Shown piece by piece: positions 26,284 through 36,223 of a stretch of 64,000 bases of DNA (positions are counted from its first letter, which is position 1; each line of letters begins with the position of its first letter). Location of the stretch: the NCBI GenBank assembly GCA_963783375.1, contig CAWANH010000028.1:672001-736000 (forward strand). The letters run 5' to 3'. The stretch is from Candidatus Eiseniibacteriota bacterium (lineage in GTDB: Bacteria > Eisenbacteria > RBG-16-71-46 > JABDJR01). The notes below the pieces were generated by a model that searched no databases, was not told where the DNA came from, and saw nothing but the letters and a program-made list of their open reading frames with translations. The position numbers were made by a program, and so were the translations under genes.

Positions 26284-29172
26284 GTGGTCCCCGTGTCCCT
26301 GAAGCACCATCCCTACGCCCCCTTCCTCCACCGGGTGGCCAAGCCCGCCCGCTACACCGGGGGCGAGACCAACCAGATCGTGAAGGACCCGGCCCAGGTC
26401 CGGGTGCGGATGGCCCTGGCTTTCCCCGACGTCTACGACATCGGCATGAGCCACCTGGGGACCAAGATCCTCTACTCGCTCCTGAACCGCCGCCCCGACA
26501 TCGCCGCCGAGCGCGTGTTCTGCCCCTGGATCGACATGGAGCGGGAACTCCGCGAGCGGAACCTCCCGCTTCTGAGCCTCGAGACGGCGAGCCCCCTGAC
26601 CGACTTCGACGTGGTCGGGTTCTCGCTCCAGTACGAACTCACGTTCACCAACGTCCTCACCATGCTGGACCTGGCCTCGATCCCCTTTCGATCCGCCGAC
26701 CGTAGCGAACGCCACCCGCTGGTGATCGCCGGCGGCCCCGTCGCCACCCAGCCCGAGCCCATGGCGCCCTTCATCGACGCCTTCCTGATCGGCGACGCCG
26801 AGGAGAAGCTCCCCGAGATGCTCCTCCTGGTGGCGGACATGAAGGCCAACAACGTCCCCAGGCGCGAGCAGCTCATACGGATCGCGCGCCTCGGCGGGTT
26901 CTACGTCCCCGCGCTCTACCCCACCGAACTCGATCCCCGCACCGGGTTCGTGGTGGTCGGCGCGCCCAATACCGAAGACATCCCCGCCAAGCCCCAACGG
27001 CAAGTCGTCCAGGACATCGACCGCTACCCCTTCCCCGATGACGCGCCGGTGGCCGCGGCCGAAGCCATCTTCGACCGCATGGCCATCGAGATCGCCCGCG
27101 GCTGCACCGAGGGCTGCCGGTTCTGCCAGGCCGGGATGATTTACCGTCCGGTCCGCGAGCGCGATCCCGAGGGGATCGTGAACACCATCGTCAGCGCGGT
27201 GAAGAAGGGCGGCTACGACGAGGTCGGGCTCACCACGCTCTCCACCGCCGACTACTCGTGCATCTCGCCCCTCATCAAGAAGGTCATGGGGAAGCTCCGC
27301 GAGGAGAAGGTCTCGCTCTCGGTGGCGTCGCTCCGGGCCTACGGGCTGGACGAGGACCTCTTCGACGAGATCAAGACCGTCCGCGCCACCGGCCTCACCT
27401 TCGCCCCCGAAGCCGGAACCCAGCGGATGCGGGACGTGGTCAACAAGAACATCTCCGAGGAGGACCTCGACCGGACCGCCCACCGGGTGTTCAGCCGCGG
27501 CTGGCGGCGGATGAAGCTCTACTTCATGATCGGCCTCCCCACCGAAGCCGACGAGGACGTGGCGGGGATCATGGAACTCGGCCGGCGCATGAAGCGGATC
27601 GGCGCGCAGTACCACAAACCGGCCGCGGTGGGGATCACGGTGGCGGTGTCGTCCCATGTGCCCAAGCCCCACACGCCGTTCCAGTGGTGCGCCATGGACT
27701 CGCTGGAGGAGATCGAGCGGAAGCAGGACATCCTCCGCGACCTCGCGCGCCGCTACCGGCTGGAGTTCCGCCGCCACGACCCGCGCACCACCTACCTCGA
27801 GTGCGTCCTGGGCCGCGGCGACCGCCGGATGGCCGACGTGATCGAGGCCGTCTGGCGGGCGGGCGGGCGGTTCGACTCCTGGGACGACCAGCTTCGCTGG
27901 GACGCCTGGGTCGACGCGATGGCCGCCCACCCCGGGATCCCCTACGACCTGTTCCTCGGCACCCTGCCGGTGGACGGGCGGCTCCCCTGGGACCACCTGG
28001 ACATGGGGCTGGAGGATCGCTTCCTGGCCACCGAGTACCGGCGGTCCATGCGCTCCAAGCTCTCGCCCCCCTGCGGGAAGCCGGCCGGCGCCCTGGTGCA
28101 CCACACGAACCTGGCCGACCACGACGCCGACCAGCGGATCCTGGTCTGCTACCACTGCGGCGTGGAGTGCGACATGACGCAGATGCGTGAGGACCGCGGC
28201 GAGTTCCTGCGGAAGCTCGGGGCGTACCGGCCGCCGTCGGAGGCGGACGTGTTCGTCCCCACCGAGGAGCTGGGCCGGCCCGCGAATGGCGAGTCGGCCG
28301 ATGAAGAGAGTACCCAGGTACACCAGGCCTCCCGCGACGCCAACGACCCGCAACGAAACGGCAGGCGTCCGCACGATTTCCAGCAGGGCGAACCCCAGCG
28401 CTACCGGGTGCGGTTCGCCAAGTTCTCGGTGGCCGCGCTCACCGGCCATCTCGACCTGGTGCGCGCCCTTCCCCGGGTGCTCCGCCGCGCCGGCGTGAAC
28501 CCCTACTACAGCGAGGGCTTCCACCCCAAGCCGGTGATGGAGTTCTCGCCGCCGCTTCCGCTGGGACTGGTGAGCCTGGATGAGGTGGTGGACCTGTCGC
28601 TCGCCGAACAGCTCCCCGCGGGCGAGCTCCTGGCCCGGCTCCGCGCCCACGCCCCCGAGGGGCTCGAGTTCCTCGCCGTGGAGCGGCTCCCCCAGGGCGC
28701 TCGGAAGCTTTCCCGCGAGCTGGCCGCGGCGGAGTACATGGTGCGGGTGGACGCGGACCAGATCGCCAAGGCGGATCCGGCCGCCGGCCCGCTCGACGAT
28801 GCCCCGGCGCGATTCCTCGCGTGGACCGAAGCCCCGTGGCGCGTCACCCGCAAACGCCGCGAGAAGACCGTGGACCTCCGCCCCGAAGTGGACGCGGTGG
28901 GGTGGATTCCCGCCGGAGCCGTTCCCCGGGAACTCGGCGAGCAGGCCGGCTTCATCCGGCCCGGCGCGAGGTATCTCTCGGTCCGGGTCCGGCTCGACAC
29001 CGAGGGACACGCCCGCCCCGAGGAGGTCGCCGCCGCGATCCTGGGCTTCGACCCCGGCTTCGAGGCCCCCCACCTCGCCCGCACCCGGCTCCTCAAGGGC
29101 GCGCCCGACGGCTGGTCGCCGGTCGTCCCGGATGCCGCCGGCTCCCCCCACGAGCCCGTCACCTCGGTCTGA
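26284..29172 (+). CDS. TIGR03960-type B12-binding radical SAM protein fused to TIGR03936/DUF2344 domain
   Basis: KPARYTGGE, FPDVYDIGMSHLG, CTEGCRFC, PKPHTPFQW; C-terminal HLDLVR...YSEGFHPKP. Confidence 0.92.
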   Translation: MVPVSLKHHPYAPFLHRVAKPARYTGGETNQIVKDPAQVRVRMALAFPDVYDIGMSHLGTKILYSLLNRRPDIAAERVFCPWIDMERELRERNLPLLSLETASPLTDFDVVGFSLQYELTFTNVLTMLDLASIPFRSADRSERHPLVIAGGPVATQPEPMAPFIDAFLIGDAEEKLPEMLLLVADMKANNVPRREQLIRIARLGGFYVPALYPTELDPRTGFVVVGAPNTEDIPAKPQRQVVQDIDRYPFPDDAPVAAAEAIFDRMAIEIARGCTEGCRFCQAGMIYRPVRERDPEGIVNTIVSAVKKGGYDEVGLTTLSTADYSCISPLIKKVMGKLREEKVSLSVASLRAYGLDEDLFDEIKTVRATGLTFAPEAGTQRMRDVVNKNISEEDLDRTAHRVFSRGWRRMKLYFMIGLPTEADEDVAGIMELGRRMKRIGAQYHKPAAVGITVAVSSHVPKPHTPFQWCAMDSLEEIERKQDILRDLARRYRLEFRRHDPRTTYLECVLGRGDRRMADVIEAVWRAGGRFDSWDDQLRWDAWVDAMAAHPGIPYDLFLGTLPVDGRLPWDHLDMGLEDRFLATEYRRSMRSKLSPPCGKPAGALVHHTNLADHDADQRILVCYHCGVECDMTQMREDRGEFLRKLGAYRPPSEADVFVPTEELGRPANGESADEESTQVHQASRDANDPQRNGRRPHDFQQGEPQRYRVRFAKFSVAALTGHLDLVRALPRVLRRAGVNPYYSEGFHPKPVMEFSPPLPLGLVSLDEVVDLSLAEQLPAGELLARLRAHAPEGLEFLAVERLPQGARKLSRELAAAEYMVRVDADQIAKADPAAGPLDDAPARFLAWTEAPWRVTRKRREKTVDLRPEVDAVGWIPAGAVPRELGEQAGFIRPGARYLSVRVRLDTEGHARPEEVAAAILGFDPGFEAPHLARTRLLKGAPDGWSPVVPDAAGSPHEPVTSV

Positions 29173-29485
29173 CGCGCGCCCGCGCGGGACGAACCGAGGT
29201 CAATTCATTGCCGGATAACGAGATACCCGGGTAAAAAATTACAACCCCTGGGTTTGTAAGTCGACTCGATCGGATCCGTCCCACTGGCGATCCGGTCCGG
29301 CGACGAAACCGCCCCGGGGCCGGACCCCAAAAACACCCGGGGCGGGCCTTCTCAGACCCGCCCCAACATCGCTTCAGCGAAGCGAATCGCTCCCCGATTT
29401 CCGCGATTTGTGCCCCCCGCATTCCTTCCGGGGGCCCCAGCCCCCGGAGTCCCAAGCTCCGGCCGTCGCCGGAACCCGTTGAAGC

Positions 29486-30481
29486 CTATACCACCTCCAT
29501 CAACCGCACCCGGTTCATGCCGCCGTTCTTGGCCGACTCCAGGGCCTGCTGGGCGGCGGCGAGGATGGCCTCGACGTCGAATTCGTTCCCGCCGGCCACC
29601 GAAACCAGGCCCACCGAGATCGTCACCCCGAACTCCTCCTCGCCGTCCTCCGAGCGGAAGGACAGCTCGGACACCCGGCGGCGGAGCCGCTCGGCCAGGA
29701 ACTGCGCGTTGGCGCGATCGGTGTGGGGACAGAGCACCAGGAATTCCTCGCCGCCGAAGCGCGAGGCGATGTCGGTGCCTCGGATCTGCTCGCGCACCGC
29801 GTCGGCGACCGCGCTGATGACCTCGTCGCCCTTTTCGTTCCCGAATTCCTCATTCACGCCGTTCACGTGGTCGATGTCGAAGAGCACCAGGGTCATGGCC
29901 TGGTTGTAGCGGATGGCGCGGGCGACCTCTTCCTCCAGGCGCTCCAGAACGAACCGGCGGTTGATGAGCCCGGTCATCTCGTCCCTGGCGGTCTGGCTTT
30001 CGAGGTCCCGGCGGAGCCGGACGATCTCGCTGCTCCGGCGTTCCAGGTCGCGGCGAGTGGTCTCGAGTTCCGAACGCATGCGTTCCACTTCCTCGCCGCT
30101 TTCCACGCGGGCGGCGGGCTCCCGGCCGATCCCCACGAAGGCCCGGCAGGAGCCGGTTTCATCCATGCAGGCGACCCAGGAATAGGCCACGGTGACCGGC
30201 TCGGCGTCCGTGCGGCGGTGAAAGACCTCGAGCTGCCGGTGCTCACCCTCGCCGTGACGGAGCGCCTCGAAAACCTCGCGGGTCTTGGAGAGCGAAAACC
30301 GCTCGATGGTGTCGAGGAACGAAACCTTGCGTCCCGCCTCCAGACCGATCACCCGCCGGAAGGTCTCGCCGGCGGCGCTCACCCTCAGATCGGGATCGAG
30401 GACCACAAAGAACTCGGGGGAGTCCCGGAAGATGCTCTCCAGGATCTCGCCAAAGGGGGGCAGCGGGGCGTTGTCGGACAT
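29486..30481 (-). CDS. PAS-coiled coil-GGDEF diguanylate cyclase
   Basis: DEMTGLINRR, FDIDH, RGTD I-site, SRFGGEEF. Confidence 0.88.
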   Translation of the reverse strand: MSDNAPLPPFGEILESIFRDSPEFFVVLDPDLRVSAAGETFRRVIGLEAGRKVSFLDTIERFSLSKTREVFEALRHGEGEHRQLEVFHRRTDAEPVTVAYSWVACMDETGSCRAFVGIGREPAARVESGEEVERMRSELETTRRDLERRSSEIVRLRRDLESQTARDEMTGLINRRFVLERLEEEVARAIRYNQAMTLVLFDIDHVNGVNEEFGNEKGDEVISAVADAVREQIRGTDIASRFGGEEFLVLCPHTDRANAQFLAERLRRRVSELSFRSEDGEEEFGVTISVGLVSVAGGNEFDVEAILAAAQQALESAKNGGMNRVRLMEVV

Positions 30482-30668
30482 GTCGGGTCTCCCTGGGCAG
30501 ACTGACCTGGGGGTCGGTGGGTGCTCAGGGAAGTTATCGGCCGGGAGGTGAAGGGCTTGACTCAAGAAGGCCCAGGCCCGGGCGGTCCCCCCGTCCCGCG
30601 GGGTGGGCCGCCCGGCGAGGTCAGGCGGGCGCCGGAGCGCCGGACCCGATCCCGGCCTCCGTTGCCCC

Positions 30669-31109
30669 CTACGAGCCCTTCCTGGGCTCGGCCTGGGCGA
30701 TGTCCTGGGCGGTCTGGTTCACGTCCCTTTCGAGAACGGTCATGGTGCTGTCCACATCGGTTTTCATGTCGTCCCAGACGGCGTCCGGAGCCGCCTGCAG
30801 CGTGTCCACCGTCGCGCTCATGTCGTCGGTCCGGGTGCCCAGCTCGTCCAGCCGGACGACGATCACCGCCCGAACACTGTCGGGGAGGCTCTGTGCGTCC
30901 TGCCGCAGGGCGGCCATCCGGTCCTCCAGGGCCCCCATCCTGCCGTCCACCCGCTCCATGAACTCGGCCCGGCGCTCGGCCGGAGTAAGCTCCGCCGCCG
31001 CTCCCGCCCCCTGCTCGATCTCCTGTTCCTGCTGCTTCCCGCACGCGGTGAGAACCACCGGAATGCTCAAACACATGGCGCCCACGAGGACCCAACGAAT
31101 CCCTCTCAT
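30669..31109 (-). CDS. Small helical lipoprotein
   Basis: RBS GGAGG; lipobox LTAC; coiled-coil body. Confidence 0.75.
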   Translation of the reverse strand: MRGIRWVLVGAMCLSIPVVLTACGKQQEQEIEQGAGAAAELTPAERRAEFMERVDGRMGALEDRMAALRQDAQSLPDSVRAVIVVRLDELGTRTDDMSATVDTLQAAPDAVWDDMKTDVDSTMTVLERDVNQTAQDIAQAEPRKGS

Positions 31110-31363
31110 GGCGACCTCCTCCCTATTGTTCGTGATCCGATCGTCGCGACCGGGCGGCGGAGCCCGCAACCCGGAGACGATCCCCGGGGGCCGTCCGGGA
31201 CGCGCGCTTCGGCGCCGGAACCGCGGCTGGTTGATTCCTTGTCGATTTCCCACATCCCCGCATCCCCGCATCCAGTAATACCCCGAAAACCCCGCGCGAA
31301 TCCCTGCCGGGGTAGCCGTCTGAACCCATGCGGCACGGTTCCGGCGCATGTGGCCCCATAGCC

Positions 31364-31390
31364 AAGCGGGCCCCCCTGGGAGGCCCGCTT
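31364..31390. terminator. Hairpin between the two lipoprotein genes
   Basis: AAGCGGGCC-N9-GGCCCGCTT. Confidence 0.4.
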
Positions 31391-31447
31391 CGCGCCGTGA
31401 CATCGGTTATCGGGCCGGGGCGTTCGCCGCCTCCGGACCCCGAGGGG

Positions 31448-31960
31448 TTACTTGCCCGAAGGCTCACCCTCGGTCTGCTTGGGCATCAGCTCCATCTTGG
31501 CGGAATCGATCCCCTGGTTCAGCTTCTCCATCCCCTGGTTCATCTGGGTGCGCATCTCGTCCCAGACCTGCTTGGACGCGTCCTGCTGGTTCATCATGTT
31601 GCCGCCCTGGCCCATCATCCCCTGAACCTTGCCCATCATGGCGTCGTGCATGCCGTTCACGCTGCTCACCAGGTTCTGGTACTCGGTGTCGAGCTCATTC
31701 AGCTTCTGATCGGCCGCGGTCTGGGCGTCGCCGGTCAGGGTCTGGGCCTGGGCGTGCAGGGTCTCGAGTTCCTTCTGCATGGAATCGAGACGGGTCTGCG
31801 TGTCCTGCTTGAACTGATCCAGCTCCTGGGTGGTCTCCTGGGAAAGCTGGGTCGCGGTGCCGCTCTGCTCGGCCTGCTCCCCGCTCTTGGTGCAGCCGAC
31901 GAAGGCCATGCCGAGACCGAGGGCGGGTATTAGGAACCAACGGAGGATACGCGTGTTCAT
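31448..31960 (-). CDS. Small Gln/Met-rich helical lipoprotein
   Basis: RBS AAGGAG; lipobox FVGC; coiled-coil body. Confidence 0.75.
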   Translation of the reverse strand: MNTRILRWFLIPALGLGMAFVGCTKSGEQAEQSGTATQLSQETTQELDQFKQDTQTRLDSMQKELETLHAQAQTLTGDAQTAADQKLNELDTEYQNLVSSVNGMHDAMMGKVQGMMGQGGNMMNQQDASKQVWDEMRTQMNQGMEKLNQGIDSAKMELMPKQTEGEPSGK

Positions 31961-32189
31961 GATCGATTCTCCTTGTTGTGGATCGGGCGCGGTCCGCGGA
32001 CTCGAGCACATTCCAGGGCGACCGCCGGAAGTCGAACCGCGAGGCAAAACCGTGGACGGCCGCCTACCAAAAAATCCAAGTCCTACTATCATTTGACCAA
32101 ACCACGGCACCCGCGGGGTGTCAAGTCGCCGCGACGGTCGGGTTTCGGCCGCGGCTTTGCCCGTACCGCCCGTCATCGCCCGAACCGGG

Positions 32190-33194
32190 TCACCCCACGG
32201 TCAGAATGATCTTTCCCTGGTTCCGATTCTCCGCCATGTATCGATGGGCGGCGGCGGCCTCGGCCAGCGGGAAGACCTTGTCCACCAGCGGCTTCAGGCG
32301 CCCGTCCGCGAAGCAGGGCAGGGCGAACCCGGCGAAATCCCCGGCCACCCGGGCCTTGGTGCCGAACGGGGTGCCTCGGATGGTGGTCCCGGTCACCCGG
32401 AGGTTCTTCCGCATCACCGGTCCCAGGTCCACTTCCCCCCGGGATCCCCCCAGGAAGCCGATCAGGGCAAGCCGGCCGCCGCGGCGAAGCGCCTTCAGGT
32501 TCCAGTCCCAGTAGGGCACCCCCACGAAGTCCAGGATCAGGTCCACCCCCCGGCCCCCGGTGTGGGCGAGGGCGGCTTCGGCAAAGTCCTCGTGGTGGCG
32601 ATGAATGGCGGCCTCCGCCCCGAGGCCCCGGCAGAAGGCCAGCTTCTCGTCGCTCCCGGCGGTGGCCAGGACCCGCGCCCCCAGCTCGCGGGCGAGCTGG
32701 ATGGCCGCCGAGCCCACCCCGCTCGCCCCGGCGTGGATCAGGACGGTCTCGCCCTCGGCCAGGTCTCCCAGCTCCACCAGGTTCATCCACGCGGTGAGGA
32801 AGGCTTCGGGGATGGCGGCGGCGGCGGTGAAGCTCATCCCCCGCGGCACCTCCATGGCCGCCGCAACCGGCACCGAGGCCAATTCGGCGTAGGCCCCGCC
32901 GGTGACCAGGGCCATGATGCCGGCTCCGATCCCGGGGAGACCGGGGGCGCCGGAGGCATCGTCGTGGACCGGCGGGCCGTGGCCCACCACCTCGCCCGCC
33001 AGCTCCAGGCCGAGGATCGGCGAGGCGCCGGGAGGCGGCGGGTAGCGCCCCATGCGCTGTAGGAGGTCGGCGCGGTTCACCCCCGCCGCGTGGACCCGGA
33101 CCAGGATTTCTCCGGGACCGGGGACCGGATCGGGGGCCTCGCCGAGCTGCAATACTTCGGGTCCGCCGGGCTTCTCCACCAGGATCGCTTTCAT
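32190..33194 (-). CDS. NAD(P)H-quinone oxidoreductase, PIG3 family
   Basis: GVNRADLLQRMGRYPPPPGASPILGLE; IHAGASGVGSAAIQ. Confidence 0.93.
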   Translation of the reverse strand: MKAILVEKPGGPEVLQLGEAPDPVPGPGEILVRVHAAGVNRADLLQRMGRYPPPPGASPILGLELAGEVVGHGPPVHDDASGAPGLPGIGAGIMALVTGGAYAELASVPVAAAMEVPRGMSFTAAAAIPEAFLTAWMNLVELGDLAEGETVLIHAGASGVGSAAIQLARELGARVLATAGSDEKLAFCRGLGAEAAIHRHHEDFAEAALAHTGGRGVDLILDFVGVPYWDWNLKALRRGGRLALIGFLGGSRGEVDLGPVMRKNLRVTGTTIRGTPFGTKARVAGDFAGFALPCFADGRLKPLVDKVFPLAEAAAAHRYMAENRNQGKIILTVG

Positions 33195-33481
33195 GGTCGG
33201 GCCTCTACTTTCCGGGATCCGGACTGCGGGTATTCACCGATCGCCTTCACCCCCAGTGTACCCGCACCGGCCTCCGTTCCGTCCAGGCCGTCCGATCCCG
33301 GTTTCCCATATGAAACTCAGCGTGGGGGACGGGCCATAAACGGACGCGATCGGTCGTTTGTGAAAACCGGTACAAGCCAAGAAATACCCTGGATGATCGG
33401 GAAAAACCGGCGTAGGTTGGGTGTGGGTCCGTCGATGCCGCCCCCCCTGCACGACCGGACCATCCGAAAGGAGCCTCCGCC

Positions 33482-36056
33482 ATGAAGTCCACCCTCGTGG
33501 CTCTCTCAGTCCTCGTTTTTCTCGCGGTCCTCCTCCCCCCGCCCGCATCCGCCCAGCCGGGCGGCCAGTCGGCCTCGGTGGTCGCACTCCACGTCCAGGC
33601 CCACAACACGAAGGGGCTCGGCTGCGCCAACTTGAGCTCGGCCCTTCCCTGCAGCGATTACACCACCGAGTGGCCGTTGCACTCGGCGGCGGACGTCTAC
33701 CTGGTAGTGGCGAAGGCGCAGCCCAACCTGGGCATCAGCGCGGTGAGCTGCGGCATCAAGTACGACGCCCTCGGAACTCTGACCGACGGCGTCGGATGCG
33801 ATGTCTTCGGTTACACCTTTTGCTCCGACCTGGAATACACCAACAGCGCCGACGGGAACCCGCAGCACGAATGGCCCTATTCGGGGGGTGGGGACCGCCT
33901 GATCTGGGTCCGCACCTCGAACTGCCAACGGGACGAGATCGCACCGGACGGGGTGCATGCGGTGGCCTGCGCGTTCTACGTCTACGCCTATAGCGCCGAC
34001 CGGTTCGAGGTGACCCGAAACATAAACCTGATCTACCGGGCCCGAGTTTCGAGGTCGTGGACTGCATCGGCCCCGCGCTCTGGGACCTGTTCTATCCCGA
34101 CGCCGCGGGAGTAATCGGCTTCGGCCAGACAGGGTACAACCCCTGTACGCGCGCCGGAGGGGGCTGGAGCGATCTGTACCTGGTCGGGGCCACCGGCGTG
34201 GGGGGATCGAACCTCGTGACGGTGCACTTCAGCCTCGATGTGGCCGGGGGAGCCATCGATCCCTCCAACTATCGCGTTTACCGGACGTACAATCCGACGG
34301 ATGAACTGGGAGTCACCGGGGCTTCGGTCACCGGTTCCACCGTGGTCCTTACCCTGGACGGGGCGCTGCTCGGAACCGGCGACTACACGGTGGAGGTCTC
34401 GAACGTCGAGGACACGAACGGGAATGCGATCTTCCCGGGCTCGACCGCGAATTTCATCGCCAGCGGCGGGGATACCGCGCCGCCCACCCTGGTCAGCGCC
34501 GACGGCACCGGAGGCACCGACCAGGTGACGGTGACCTTCAGTGAAAACGTGATCTACGGCGCGAGCGTCGCGTCCAACTACACGGTGTACCCGACCTCCG
34601 ATCCGTCCTCGCCCCTCGTCGTGTCCGGAGCGACCCGGCTCAACAACGTGGTCACGCTCTATCTCGGGTCGAGCCTGGCCGGCTCCACGTCGTACACCGT
34701 TTCCGTCTCCAACGTTCAGGACGCGGCCGGAAACTCCATCGCTTCCAACTCGACCGCGAGCTTCACCACCGGGGGGGACAACACGCCGCCGACTCTATCG
34801 AGCGCCGCCGGCACAGTCGGCCAGAGCACCGTCGCCCTCACGTTCAGCGAGACTCTGGGGGCCGGGGCCAACACCGCCGCGAACTACGGCGTCTTCCCGA
34901 ACGCCGACCCGTCCTCGCCGCTCACGGTGACCGCGGCGTCCAATTCCGGGAACCAGGTCTCCCTGACCCTGGGCTCGGCCCTCGCGGGGGCTCGACCGCC
35001 TACACGGTGACCGTCTCCAACGTCCAGGACGTTGCCGGAAACACCATCGCTCCCAACTCGACCGCGAGCTTCACCACCGGAGGGAACGACACAACACCTC
35101 CCGCCCTCACCAGCGCCGTGGGTACGCCCGGTTCCAACAACGTGACCGTGCGGTTCAGCGAGCCGGTAGTGGCAGGCACGGCCGAAGTGTCGAACTACAG
35201 CGTGTACCCCACCGCCAACCCTTCGGGAACGCTCGTGGTGAACGCGGCGGTGCCGACGGGATCCCAGGTGAGCCTCGCCCTGGCCTCGAATCTGGTTGCT
35301 GGCACTTCGTACACGGTAGCGGTTTCGAACGTTGCCGATGCGGCGGGGAACGTGATCGCGCTGAACTCGACCGTGAGCTTCACCACCGAGGTGATCGGAG
35401 CGCCCGGCGATCAGTCCGGAGCGGTGGTGGCACTCCACGTCCAGGCCCATGACACAAAGGGCCTGAACTGCACCGACCTGGATCCGAATCTCCCGTGTGA
35501 CCGGTTCATCCACACCTGGCCGACGGGTTCGGGGGCCGACGTCTTCATGGTGATCTGCATGGGAGACCCGGTGGTCGGCGTGAGTGGCGTGAGCCTGGGC
35601 GTCCAGTACGCCAATACCGCCACCTTGGCCGACGGGGTGGGCTGCGACGTATTCAGCTACACTGCCTGTTCGGATCTCGAGTACCCCAACAGCCCGGACG
35701 GCAACGTCGCCCACGAGTTCCCGTACTCCGGCGGGGGCAACCGGCTGATCTGGGTGCGGACCTCCAACTGCCAGCGCCACGAAGTGGATTCGTGGGGGGT
35801 GCAGGCGGTGGTGTGCGCGTTCTACGTCTACGCGTACGGTCCCGACCAGTTCCAGGTGGACATGAACCGGAACCTCGAGACCGGTCCCGAGTTCCAGATC
35901 GTGGACTGTCCCGGGCCGTACCTGTCGGATATACCGTGGCCCGAACACGCCGGCGTCGTCGGGTTCGGCCAGGACCGCTCCGGCTACAGTCCCTGCACCG
36001 CGATGGTGCCCACGGTGAGGACGACCTGGGGGAAGCTCAAGAACCAGTACCGGTGA
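33482..36056 (+). CDS. Secreted protein: Cys-rich domain, four Ig-like repeats, second Cys-rich domain, TWGKLK tail (frameshifted into 3 ORFs)
   Basis: Signal peptide; ORFs 33482-34114, 34057-35010 and 35007-36056 join at about 34034-34050 and 34986-34991; duplicated VVALHVQAH...GYxPC domain. Confidence 0.8.
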
Positions 36057-36223
36057 AACGCGTTCGCCCCGGCACAAGGCCGGGTCCACGCCGGCCCGAG
36101 GCTGCTGGCGCAGCGGTTTTTCCAAAATCGGTCTTGTGATATGGTCGAGCGGCATTCCGCCCGGTTCCGGAACCGTTGACCGTCGCCCGACCCCCGGCGG
36201 CACCGGCAATGATCGGCGACACC

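Noticed and set aside
26257-29151. Long antisense or alternate-frame ORFs (e.g. 26257-29151 -, 17901-20552 -, 45333-48158 -, 11031-13103 +, 61774-63987 +)
   Set aside because: Shadow ORFs expected at high GC; low-information sequences overlapping well-supported genes.
34030-34995. Programmed ribosomal frameshifting in the surface-protein gene
   Set aside because: No slippery heptamer with a downstream structure; the first junction needs two separate single-base insertions, which is typical of read error.
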